A DNA stretch of 63,955 bases, counting the filler, from Reticulomyxa filosa (taxonomy: Eukaryota > Protista > Foraminifera), in assembly GCA_000512085.1 (NCBI GenBank). It is 16 parts of 16 records of this genome, joined end to end, with 100 filler letters (N's around TTAATTAATTAA, not from the genome) between each part and the next. Parts side by side here need not be neighbours in the genome. Positions count along the whole stretch, not along the records: positions 1 to 12,386 come from ASPP01011787.1; positions 12,487 to 20,476 come from ASPP01005804.1; positions 20,577 to 22,610 come from ASPP01008340.1; 13 more parts are not named here. One strand, 5' to 3'. Shown piece after piece: positions 9,701 through 21,104 of this stretch (within the stretch, counting starts at the first letter, position 1; each line of letters starts with the position of its first letter). The translations under genes and the position numbers were made by a program. The notes below the pieces were generated by a model. It saw only the letters and a program-made list of their open reading frames with translations, was not told the DNA's origin and searched no databases.

Positions 9701-12386
9701 ATCAAAGAAGGGATTGTCAATGACACAACCAAGGCAAGCGATACGGAAAGAGATCAATTTTTTCAAAATTTGAAGAAAAAACTTATATTTATGGATCAAA
9801 TGTCTCAATGGAAAGTTCATGTCACAGATGGTAACAAATATCGGCAATATCAAAATCAAGTAGGAAGTGAAATAGATAATATTATTAAAAAAGTAAAAGA
9901 GATTACAAATTGGTCTCGCTCCGATTGTAGTAATCTCAATCATTACTACAAATGTTTCTTGTCCATGCAAAAACATTGCATTTTTCAAATCATTGCAAAA
10001 TCCCAATTTGAAGTTATTGAGTCCATGATAACCGAACGAGTCCAAAAATTGGAAAAAGACGCATCCAAAGGCCCAAATATTTTGGTGTCTTGCTTAATAG
10101 CAATGAAAACAATGTCCGTGCACCTGTTCGATTTTAAGGATACCATCAACAAAAGAATTGATGAATTATTGAGTGGTTACAAAAAAAAAACCAATAGTGG
10201 TATTAGTATTGCAACACTAGCAGCAAAATTAGAAGAAGATCAAAGTGGGATGGGTAAAATGATTATTTTTGAACATAGTGTGTTTAAAGGATACTCGATT
10301 GCGTTGTTCAATCAGAAAACTAAAGCACATGGAATTGACTATGTTTTGGAAAAGATTGAAGTCAAAAATGAAAAAATCGACACATCAAAATTGAAGGACA
10401 TGTATGAGGAATTTCATACAGCATACAATACATTTGTATTCAGCAATTTGGCCAAAGCCAAAGACGACCCAAAGCACCTCAATGTACTTGCGAATAATGC
10501 AAAACTGTGTGCTAACATTTCCAATCAAACACCAGGGGATGAACGCTGGGATGCAAATATTCGAAACAAAATCCCTGGAATAATGGCCAATATTTTTGCA
10601 CTGTGGACACTTCAACACGCACAATACTATCATGATGCAAAAGGCGTAGACGATCAAAAATCTTGTTTGGTACAACCACATCCAGCTCAAGTGATTTCCA
10701 TATTCCGCATGTTGGGTATTGAGGAAAACAAAACTGGATTGACAAATCACTTGATTCAAATTGGAACAGGAGAAGGAAAATCAGTGATTTTAGCGATCAC
10801 TTGTTGTGTTTTAGCATTATTCGGCTTTGATGTGAGCTGTACTTCGTACAGTGAATACTTGAGCAATAGAGATTTCAAAAGCTTTGAGCAATTATTTGAT
10901 ATCTTGGGTGTAATTGATCATATTCATTATGGCACATTCAATATGATTTGTGAAAGGATTATTAATGAAGGAGGTGATATGCGCAGACTAGTTGAAAATT
11001 TAATCCTTCCTGGAAATGATGATGAGAAAAAAGTTGATGATGTTTCTCGAACTGTTCGTTCAAAGATACTTTTAATTGATGAAGTCGATGTATTTTTCAA
11101 CAAAGACTTTTATGGAAGCTGCTATTCACCTGCAGTTACATTGAGACATGATACCATCACCAAACTTATTGATTTCATTTGGAATAATAAAAGGTCATTT
11201 TTGAAATTGAAGGATGTAAAACAATCCAATGAATACAAAGCATGTTGCAATATATTGAGAGGATGGGATTCATTGTTGGATGAAGCGATTAAAGATATGT
11301 TGAGCGCTGTTCAAAACTTTGAGTCTCATGGATATCAAGTGAGCAATGATAAAATTGGATACAAAGAACAAGATGGTATTTCTTACAATATTCGATATGG
11401 TTACAACACTTTATTTGCGTATTATCATGAGAATGCACAAAATAAAATCAGTGATGAAAGTTTAAAAAACAATATATTCCTTTCATTTCAAATTGGAAAT
11501 TTTTCTTATGCCGAGGTTCCCAAAAATTTCTATCGTATTATGGGTGTGAGTGGGACATTGAAAACGTTGAGTGCATCTGAACAAGAAGCAGTGGAGAAGG
11601 AGTATCATGTTTCCAAATATACTTACATGCCATCTTTGTTTGGTAAAAATCAATTAATCTTTGCAGAAAAAGCAGATATTTTTATTGCGGATAAAGACGA
11701 TTATTTCATTATTCTTAAAAAGGAGATTGGTGATCGACTTGTTGGGAAAACGCCAGAAACAAAGCGAGCTGTGTTGGTGTTTTTTGAAACCAAAAAACAA
11801 TTGATGGAATTTTATGAATCGCCACATTTTTCTCCAATTAAAGATGATACAATTGTAATGACTGAAGACAATTCGTTCACAGAGAAAGGATCTCTTATTA
11901 AGCGTGCCACCAGTTCTGGTCAAGTGGGGTTATTCACCAGAGCATTTGGAAGAGGAACAGACTTTATTTGTCGTGATGAAATTGTGGCTTCCAATGGTGG
12001 GCCACATGTGATTCAAACCTTCCTTTCTGAAGAGTTATCTGAGGAAGTGCAAATCAAGGGACGTACAGCCAGACAAGGAGAATCTGGTTCTTACAGTTTG
12101 GTGTTGTGCGACAAGTCACTTGAAAAATTCTCGATTACACAACAAGATATTCAAGATGCGCGTAATGCAGGCAACTTTTATCCAATGTTCAATGCAAAGC
12201 GAAGTGACTTCTTCAAAACTCAATACGCTGAGAACAAAAAATTTGTAGATTATGCTGCAAAAGAGCACAAATTGGGACAGAAACTGATTGCGGCGTTGAA
12301 GAGGAATAATGTAGCTGAGGTGAAGGGAATGTTATGTGAAAAAAACAAAGGAGCTGAAGAGGCTAAATCTTCACGAACAGTGGTTG
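6710..12386 (+). CDS. Giant protein part 4: coiled-coil/helical stalk followed by a SecA-like SF2 ATPase (both RecA lobes); open at the contig end
   Basis: SecA-collinear motifs: QPHPAQ, QIGTGEGKS, SEYLSNRD, IHYGTFN, LIDEVD, GVSGT, AVLVFF, TRAFGRGTDF, GGPHVIQT and QIKGRTARQGESGS (~10670-12110). There is no stop before the spacer. Confidence 0.9.
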
Positions 12387-12486
12387 NNNNNNNNNNNNNN
12401 NNNNNNNNNNNNNNNNNNNNNNNNNNNNNNTTAATTAATTAANNNNNNNNNNNNNNNNNNNNNNNNNNNNNNNNNNNNNNNNNNNN
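12387..12486. other. Artificial contig spacer (44 N + TTAATTAATTAA + 44 N); 15 such spacers in the window
   Basis: The identical 100-bp pattern, with stops in all six frames, also occurs at 20477-20576, 22611-22710, 25157-25256, 29275-29374, 30483-30582, 33533-33632, 35992-36091, 37381-37480, 44507-44606, 52974-53073, 55451-55550, 57738-57837, 60356-60455 and 62196-62295. Confidence 0.98.
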
Positions 12487-13060
12487 TTACAATCTGTACT
12501 TTCGTTGTTCTTTTCCAACGACACAAATTTAAAACAAAATATTATCTTTCACTCGCTTTGACTGTACACAATACATTCATTATTTGATCGAATATCCCAA
12601 AAAACGAACTGTATTATCACTTGATTCAGAACATATCACATTTGAACTAACGCCAATTTCACTTTTCACTACAACGATGAATTCATACTGCATTCAAATT
12701 TTTATGTCCATTAAACACTTGAATATGTTCACGAGATCGAATATCCCACAAACACTATTATCTTTTGATCCAAATAATATTATATTTGCACTAACAATTA
12801 ATAGTGCATTTGATCTATATTTTACACTAAACAAATACCTTTGAAGTTATTTGAATACAATCATTTGTTGGGCTGTTTCAATATCACATATACGAATGGT
12901 ATTATCAAATGATATGCAATTGTGAAATATACACACCAAACACGATTCCTTGTCATTTGAAAGCATGTAATGATTTGACTGTTTCAACCATAAACGATCT
13001 GTTTTACCATTTAATCCAGAACGTAAATGTATACAATCTCAAATCATGCTGAGAAGAACT
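12487..13060 (-). pseudogene. Degraded WD40-repeat gene copy
   Basis: The minus strand gives NVICSESSDNTVRFWDIRSN-like fragments matching the family at 13644-15039 and 47505-48883, broken by indels. Confidence 0.75.
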
Positions 13061-13643
13061 AATACCACGTTTGACCTTGATTGAAAGAACTACAAAAAAG
13101 GCAAGCAAATGAATATTGCCAAAAAAGGTTGAAATAACAATAAAATTGGATTATGATAATGCACGCAAAATATCAATGAATTTGTGGCCTCTAAATCTGC
13201 CTTTCAAAAAAACTCATTTTTATTTCTTTGTAAAAGTAACAATTTTTTAAACTGTTTAGAAAATAGTTGTTACTTGTTTCTTAAAAAATTGTTTTGAATG
13301 AAGTATCTTTTATTTGTCTGTATTCTCAATGCTGTGTTCTGCATGGTATTGCTCCCGTATTGCATTTCTAAGTCGAATACATGCTTGACTAGTTTTTGGT
13401 TGGAATTCTCGTATTCTCTCCGAAAATAAACAAAAAAATCTTGAATCTCAAAATTAAACATCATCAGTCATGAAAATATCTTCAATCATTTCAATACAAG
13501 TGTAAAAAAAAAAGTGATGCTATTATCAGAATTTGCACGAGAAAAACGCGAATTCTCTTTTCACTTGATTTTAATGAATTGAACAAATTGGAAAATTGAA
13601 ATAAAACAACTCCATTCAAAACAAACTTTTCATTAATATGTGT

Positions 13644-15039
13644 TCATCCCCAAACACGAATTAAGCCGTTGTTTGAACCATAAAATAAATTAATATAGCT
13701 ATCACCATTTGATCTTTGTTCATTGTTATTTACCTTCTTTTTAAGTTTTATAAATTTAAGACATAATACTCCTTCATCTACTTTCATCACATATAATTCA
13801 TTTTTATTTGACCGAATATCCCAAAATCGAATTGTTTTATCAATTGATCCAGAACATATCACATTTGAATTACCACCAAAGTCACTATTCTCTATTACAA
13901 ATGGTGAATATTCAACATCCCATACGTAACTTGCGTGTCCATTGAACACTTGAATTTGTCGACCAGATCGAATTATCCCACAAACGAACACTTTTATCAT
14001 CTGATCCTGATAATATTGTATTTATTAATTCATTTGATCCATATTTTACACTCCTCACATAATGTTCATGTCCTTTGAACACATTCAATTGTTTGGCTGT
14101 TTCAATATTCCATATTCGAATAGTTTTATCATGTGATCCAGAACAAATTGTATATCCATTTCCACCAATTACACCAATATTATTACTTTTATTTCCATTA
14201 TTGTTATTATTGCTTTGTAATGGTGAAATATCAACACATTCAATACCATCTTCATGTCTATTGAAAACATATAATGTGTTGGATGTTTCAACATCCCATA
14301 AACGGATCGTTTTGTCCCATGATCCAGAACACAAATATCTACCACCGTTAAATGGTGAAAATTCAATACTACAAACATTCCATGTGTGTCCATTTAGTAT
14401 TTGTAATTGTTTATTATGTTTGAAATCCCAAAAACGAATGGTATTGTCGTGTGATGAAGAACATGTAACATTTTGGTGATGATTATGATAATGATATGAT
14501 GAAAATTTCACACAATTTACATTACTTGAATGTTCATTGAATGATTGAATTTGTTTGTCGTTATCAACATCCCATACACGAACTGTATTATCATTTGATC
14601 CAGAACAAATGAATTGACAACCATCAAATGTCGAACAATCAATACTATTTACACAATCTGTGTATTCAGTGAATGTTTTAAGTAATTTAGATGATAAGCG
14701 AAATGTATCAAGCATGAAAACAGCAGTTACCTGTGTCAAGTTATGATTATGGAGACAACAACTAAATATGGAATATTTTAACACTAAATGAAAGAAAAAA
14801 CAAATAAACTAAATATTTGATGACAAGTTTGTCGAATTCATGAATCCAGCCAAATTTGATGTGCAATATTCGAATCCAATGTCGTATAACTACTTGAACT
14901 TTTTTTTCAGACTGTTTTAATTACAAATTGCTTACAACAAATAGAACAAAAAAAAAGAAACAAACTTTCTAAAAGCTTGAATAAAGGTTACCAACGCTAG
15001 TGGAGTTAAAGTTTGCTTCCCATTGCTAAGAGTTGTCAT
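13644..15039 (-). pseudogene. WD40-repeat protein (three-exon family member), frameshifted
   Basis: Exon 1 is MTTLSNGKQ..., exon 2 (14813-14911) is SEKKVQVVIRHWIRILHIKFGWIHEFDKLVIKY, then about 7 WD repeats (CSGSxDxTIRxWD). There is an extra A near 13975 (tgggataattcg vs tgggatattcg), and the exon-2 donor reads TT rather than GT. Confidence 0.8.
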
Positions 15040-15239
15040 TTTTCAATTTCTTTGTTTTTTTGATTAAGATAGTATTTGATGACGTAAAATGGAAAATGAT
15101 TGAGCTTTTTTCATCAAGAACAATGAAAGGGGCTCAACACGAAAGACTGAGTTTAACAGATTTCATAATTATGAAATAAAACCAAAATCAAAACCTTATT
15201 TAAAGATAGCATAGTAAACAGATTCATAATTGTGCTTCT

Positions 15240-15510
15240 TACTATATTTTATAATGATTTTATCAAAATCATCGATCCATCCTAATTTCGTCTTTAAAGC
15301 TCAAGTCAATATTGAACAATAAATTTATTTCATTTTTTGACTGTATTATTTATTATTTATTATTTTCAATCAGTTTCATACAATACAATTTATTTGTGTT
15401 TTATTAATAAATAAATAAATCATTACCAACAGTGAAGATCCCATACACGCACTTTTGTCTTCATGTGAGTTGATAATGTGGTATATTTATCATCAATGAT
15501 GTGTATATGA
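15240..15510 (-). pseudogene. 3' remnant of a Kelch-repeat family gene
   Basis: STHMKTKVRVW plus an intron plus a frameshifted ...KLGWIDDFDKIIIK match the 3' end of the Kelch gene at 49152-50429. Confidence 0.65.
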
Positions 15511-15793
15511 TTGACGCAATGTACTTGAAATTGTCCCCTTAACCGCATCGTTGTGAAAATACAAGCATGGAAACATTTACACACAAAACGTGTTCAATGA
15601 ATCCGAAGAAGAAAAAGAAGAATTGAGCAAACAAAAAAAGCACTAAAATTGTTGAAAGCTTGATGCATACACCATACTATCATAACTTTCAAAGTTTAAA
15701 CGATTTCTCCACTCCACTTGCTAAATTTGTTCTCATCGAGAAAGAAACATTTCAGAGTGCTTTTAAAAAAGATTTAAAAAAAAAATCAAACAA

Positions 15794-17650
15794 TTAAGTA
15801 AGTGGAAGCAATGATGGAAGCACTTGACAATGAAAAATATTAGTGTCAAAATAAAATTGAACCCAATTTTGATCAATGTCTTTAAAATGTTGAATAAGTT
15901 TGGGAAATTGCGAATTATAAAATTGATAAAAATAGGATCTTTCGCTTAAATTGAGACATAATTGAAAATAAGTGTGATTGGTTAATGCGTCACGACGAAA
16001 ATAAGCCCCTTTTTGAATTTTGTCAATTTTTGCTTTGGAAACAAGAGATTGTTCGACTGCAATTCCATTTAATACTTCATCATGTGGAACTTTTAATTGT
16101 TTGGAAAGTAGCTTCATCAATTCGACATGACTGGGAATGTCAACCAGCGGAGAAGAAGAAGATACATTTGATGATTTTTTACCCATCACTTTGTTTAAAG
16201 GTTCATTCACCATGTTTTCATAGCCACTCTTTTGTTGATGATCACGTCTTTGATTAAATACAAAACTCTTACCTTCTTGCTTACGAAACCATTCATAAAG
16301 AGTATTTCCCAAACGAATTCGATATCCAACATTATGACTTCTCAAATAACAATTATTTGCATCTGTTTGGACTGGACGGTATGGCCAATTTTTTATAATT
16401 GATGATATATCCTTATTACAAGGAGAGATATTATGTGATGGCTGATCACACCAATACAAATGTTTCATGCTCACATTGTTATCACTATCTCTTAATTTGG
16501 TTGCAATTTTGACATAATTAATCAGCCATTTCTTATATTCATTGATATTTGCAGTATTCCATCGAAAATATGAAACAATATAAGGTTGTATTAATTCGGA
16601 ATTATTATCATTATTTATTGATACAATCTTTGGATGAAGCGTTTTGGACGGAACTGTATTCATCCATCGATTATCAATCCGTATTACAATAGCATCAACT
16701 GTTTTACACAAACTTAAATAAATACAATGACCATCATGACCAACTACCAAACTCATTTCACAACATTCATTTGATGATGTTGGTTGTAAATCCATTAAAC
16801 GGTCTACTACATTCTCACTCCAATCATCAATGAGATATGAAAATTTGTATTGAAATTCTTGTGTTGTGATATAATCCCAATAAGTTGTCAATTGCACTTG
16901 CAATTCTTGTATTCCTTTTTCATACACTTGCTTAAGTGTTATCTGTCTTGGCAATCCAATGTAATTTTTTCCTTCTCGTTTCAAACGAACACATATTTCA
17001 AATAATAAAAATATTCGACAAATTAGAAATCGTCTTGGATCCCATCCTTCATCAAATCTTTTTTGATTTGAATTTTCAAACTCTATCGCTTTAATATTCC
17101 TACGAGCCGCCCAATACAATGAACTACCATTGATTAATATCTCTTGTAAGTCTTTTTGATTTATTCCTAATAAAAAACTCGCACCTTCTTGTAATAATAT
17201 CTCATAACTTTCTTCATCAACAACTTTGGTGACACCATCTCCATCAATTAATTTATCTTTAACATAATCAATTGAATACTCAATTTGTTTCATTGGATAC
17301 ATTGTCCTTTTTTTCAATATCCATTTACACATTTCTTTCATTTCTAAATATTCTTTTTCATTTTCTTTATGTTTCTCTTTTTGAATGAATTCCATAATAT
17401 ATTCAAGTGGAGTATGTGAAGTAATTGCATCAATAGCGCCTTCTCTAAAATCAATCCATGCACCTTGCTCAATACAATAACGAGCAGCCTTCCAATGTCT
17501 GTTATTTATCGCTAAATGCAATGGAGTTTGTCCATATTCATTCAATGAATTATTAATATTCATAGAATGATTTTCCAATGCAGATTTTAGTTGTGTCACA
17601 TCACCTAATTGTGCAGCTTCATGAACAGTGACGTAAGGACCTTTGATTGT
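15794..17650 (-). CDS. Ankyrin-repeat protein with a putative cysteine-peptidase domain (His-Asp-Gln-Cys order)
   Basis: The ORF is 601 aa. N-terminal VHEAAQLGD and YGQTPLHLAINNRHWKAARYCIEQGA are ankyrin repeats. The later region has VGHDGHCIYL...IRIDNR...PVQTDANNCYL. The 5' end is unresolved. Confidence 0.7.
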   Translation of the reverse strand, partial: TIKGPYVTVHEAAQLGDVTQLKSALENHSMNINNSLNEYGQTPLHLAINNRHWKAARYCIEQGAWIDFREGAIDAITSHTPLEYIMEFIQKEKHKENEKEYLEMKEMCKWILKKRTMYPMKQIEYSIDYVKDKLIDGDGVTKVVDEESYEILLQEGASFLLGINQKDLQEILINGSSLYWAARRNIKAIEFENSNQKRFDEGWDPRRFLICRIFLLFEICVRLKREGKNYIGLPRQITLKQVYEKGIQELQVQLTTYWDYITTQEFQYKFSYLIDDWSENVVDRLMDLQPTSSNECCEMSLVVGHDGHCIYLSLCKTVDAIVIRIDNRWMNTVPSKTLHPKIVSINNDNNSELIQPYIVSYFRWNTANINEYKKWLINYVKIATKLRDSDNNVSMKHLYWCDQPSHNISPCNKDISSIIKNWPYRPVQTDANNCYLRSHNVGYRIRLGNTLYEWFRKQEGKSFVFNQRRDHQQKSGYENMVNEPLNKVMGKKSSNVSSSSPLVDIPSHVELMKLLSKQLKVPHDEVLNGIAVEQSLVSKAKIDKIQKGAYFRRDALTNHTYFQLCLNLSERSYFYQFYNSQFPKLIQHFKDIDQNWVQFYFDTNIFHCQVLPSLLPLT

Positions 17651-18649
17651 AATTGTGACTGTGATACATTTGAATGATCAAAATAAGGATAGGAAATATC
17701 ATAATCTGATATTTGAAATTGTTAATGTTGAAGCTCTATAAAAAAAAGACATTATGAAGTAATATAATCAAAAAAAATAAAAAATCAGCAATTTTCGATT
17801 AATATTTTACATTTTCCAAACAAATTATTTCAGCTTGTGCTCTCTATTGAAAATATTGTTAAAGTATTTTTTTGTTGCGACTTTATTGTTTTTCACAAAC
17901 ATTTTTAAAATTATTTAAATTGTTCCGTTGGTGAATTGCGGTTAAAGTTTCAAATATGACTACAAATACATCGTATCTCTGATAAAACATGAAACGTGTG
18001 TTATTTCTTACTGCTAATTAATAAGTAAAGAAGTGTACAAACATCATGATATTAAGGAAGAATCCTTGGATCAATTTTATTTTTAAAAATAAAGTAATGT
18101 TGCCACAACACGGAAATTATTTGATAAAATGAGTGATCAGTTCATGTTTATTTTTCAAAACGACCAAATTAACATACAAAAAATCAATCGTTGTCAACCA
18201 ATAAGAAGACCACTGACAAGAGAAATGCAAAATAATTAACATCATAATCTAAAAAAGTTAAGAAGCAAAAAAAAAAATGATGAGAGGGGAAATTTTTCAG
18301 CCTGTCATCTCATTGATCAAACATGTTGGTAAAAAGACTCCCACCAAAAAAACCGCACTCCAATATACAATATTTCAAAAATTTATTTTTTGTTGTTGTG
18401 GTCAACATTACTGATGTTTAGAAAGTTCAAAGTAGGAAGACCACAAAGTGTCACTCAAATGCACACAACAAAAAAAGAAAGCAGAGGGAAAACCGCTCAT
18501 TAAAAGTAAAACTCAGGCTTTCTTCGGTAAAAATATTCAAAGAAAATATAATTATTAATGCAATCCTTTTTTTCTATGTCTTTGTCATCCTTTAATTGGT
18601 TCCACTTACAGAAAAAAAAAAAATAACAGTTGCACAATAAAAATACGGA

Positions 18650-20321
18650 TTACAACCCAAATGGGGCCAAGACATGGAAATGTGCCAAAACAATAGGTGC
18701 TTTGGTTTCCAGTGATCTTAATTCTTTAAGTTTTTTGTCTCTAAACTGGGAAAGCTTTGGATCAATTTGATGTGGAGAGGCGTCGTTGGAAGAACGGTTC
18801 TTTGAATCCTTTTGTGGTTCTTCTGCTTCTTCACTTTCACTGGAAGGACCATTATCCTCTCGACTGTTTGTATGAAAACCATATTTTCTGCGTATTTTCA
18901 GCAATTGATTTTTTCGCATTCGCAATCGAGAAGAGACGCCATTTTTGATGCGTTCAAACCGACTATAGATGGGCCTTAAGATAGGTGACTGCATGTGGAG
19001 TGCACTCATGGCCGAGCGTCGATCTGCATCCAAATTGGGACTGTTGTTGGCATTCCAATTCAAATTGAGCTTGGCCGCAGAGTTCTGCAAATGCACCGGG
19101 AGGGAAGAAGGTGAATTGGGACAGCAAGACAAGGTAATGATAGCATCACTGAATGAATCTCTCAGCAAATCAGGATTTTGATGATGATTCATCGAATGAT
19201 GATGGTTCATTGCACGATGATGAAAACGACTATTATTATTATTGGTGGTAGTAGTATTACTATTGTCTCTGTAACCACACGTGGAAGCAGTTGGTCCAGG
19301 ATTGTTGGAGGAATTGCTTTCCTCAAATTCGCTTTCACTGTCGCATTCGTAATCACTTTCACTCTCACTTTCATTGTCGTTGTCATTGTCATTGTCATTG
19401 TCATTGTCATTACCATGGCCGTTGCCACTGTCGTTGTTGTCACTGTTACTGTCGTCCTCACGTACACTCTCTTCCGTCTCTTCCGTGTAACGATGCCCTC
19501 CTTCTTTGTCCCGGTCTACAGTCGTATCGCTGTCTGATTCCGTCACCCCATTCACGCAAGGCGTGCTACTTTTGCTTTTGTCACCGCTCGCGTGGGATGG
19601 GGATGAGGATGAGGATGAGGATGAGGATGAGGCCGCTGCCGTGCACTGTTGCAATTGGCGACGGACAGCTTGGACCACTTGACTCTGCAGGTCATTGTAA
19701 TACGCAAAACAGACAACATAATGATGAAATGAATCCTCATTGTTGCGTTCTTCGTAGCCAATTATGACAATATCTTCAAACGTTGATATTATCTTTTATG
19801 TTTCAAAAAAAAAAAAATAATAATAATAATATAAATAACAAAAATTATACATATGTATATATAAACTTGATGATTTCTTTGCCATAATTCATACTTTTCA
19901 CTCATCATCGCATGTCTTTCATCGACCATGACGCAAAAGTCTTTTAGGGACATAAAATTCCAACGCGTATGGGCAATGTGGAAATGATCATCGATGAGTT
20001 GATTGAATACTTGCCATTCTTTGCACGTTTTGTCTTCGATAACACCGCGAGACCATTTGGTGAATAAGGAGTGAATGGCTCCACAACATTCTTCATAACA
20101 TAGTCCAAGCTGCAGTCACAAAAATCGCTAATAATGTCACAGATTTCAACGGGTAATTCCGACACGTACACGCCAAGCCAATAGCTAATATGACGTTTGC
20201 GATACATTTCTATTGAAAATTGGTTTTTATCACTTGTATATCGGTCTCCACCTGGATAAGTGTTCATTATCGTCGATGTCAGCCAATGGGATTCGGCTGA
20301 TGCCGCTGTCGCCATAATCAC
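18650..20321 (-). CDS. Multi-exon hypothetical protein with an F-box-like motif and a Ser/Asp/Asn low-complexity region
   Basis: ORFs 19944-20321 and 18650-19678 are separated by an AT-rich intron-like segment (~19795-19860). The motif is ISYWLGVYVSELPVEICDIISDFC. Exon junctions are not fully resolved. Confidence 0.55.
19371..19411. repeat. (TCATTG)n coding microsatellite (Asp-Asn repeat on the minus strand); (GATGAG)n poly-Ser tract at 19602-19631
   Basis: Directly visible hexamer repeats. Confidence 0.9.
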
Positions 20322-20654
20322 TCCTTTCTCTTCTTCTTCTTCTTCTTCTTTTCATCTTTGCTATTGAATTTCAATTTGGTCACGCTTGAACTTGTCAACG
20401 GACGTTTCGTTTGATAGGGTTTCCACGCCTTCGAAGAGAAGGCATACAGCATAAATGCATTCGTGAAAAAATTTGANNNNNNNNNNNNNNNNNNNNNNNN
20501 NNNNNNNNNNNNNNNNNNNNTTAATTAATTAANNNNNNNNNNNNNNNNNNNNNNNNNNNNNNNNNNNNNNNNNNNNCTTTCCAATGTGTGCATTTTTTTT
20601 TTTGTTTTATTTGAATAGTAAAAAAAAATAGGATACGTAGTTTTCATTTTTTTC

Positions 20655-21104
20655 TTATTTTCCTAAAAAAATCTTTGTGGATTTAAAAAAAAAAAAACAA
20701 AAAAAAACTAGACTTTCTAAGACGCCGATATAATAAAATACTTTATTTTCGTGGTTCTCGGGCTTCATGCTGTCAATTTGCTTATGTAAAATTTCCAATT
20801 TTCCTAACACTTTCAATATTAACAACCTTTCGTTGGTGTAAAAATCTCGCACCAATGCCTTCTTTGCTACCATGTCTGCTCCATGGGCCGGGAAACGCGC
20901 CTTTCTTCTGTCACGGTCCGTTTGGTCCAGTAACTCCAAGTAGTCGTAGTCCAGTCTCCTTGGATCTTTCGGCGGGGTCCACTCCTCATCTTTTCCACAG
21001 TCGAACACCAACACACAATCATATTCTCTATCTTTCAAATCTATCGACTCCAAATCTCCATCATCGCTCACCCTCTCATAACCCCGGCCAACATACGTGC
21101 CCAT
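20655..21104 (-). CDS. First exon of a possible anoctamin/TMEM16-like protein
   Basis: ATG start. YDCVLVF and ERLLILKVL...NKVFYYIGV resemble anoctamin cytosolic N-termini. The ORF runs into an intron-like T-rich tract and the contig end. Confidence 0.4.
   Translation of the reverse strand: MGTYVGRGYERVSDDGDLESIDLKDREYDCVLVFDCGKDEEWTPPKDPRRLDYDYLELLDQTDRDRRKARFPAHGADMVAKKALVRDFYTNERLLILKVLGKLEILHKQIDSMKPENHENKVFYYIGVLESLVFFCFFFFKSTKIFLGK

Noticed and set aside
4123-11923. Numerous antisense ORFs over the giant gene
   Set aside because: They are shadow ORFs with no motifs, expected opposite a long coding frame.
10670-12110. Bacterial contamination or a genuine secA translocase gene
   Set aside because: It is embedded in a much larger ORF with a spliceosomal-type intron upstream, has host-like composition and a WD40 relic on the same contig, and has no operon context. 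The gene symbol secA was therefore withheld.
19178-19767. Cys/His-rich and Val/Ile-rich ORFs on the plus strand
   Set aside because: They are shadow frames of the microsatellite-rich minus-strand exon 18650-19678.
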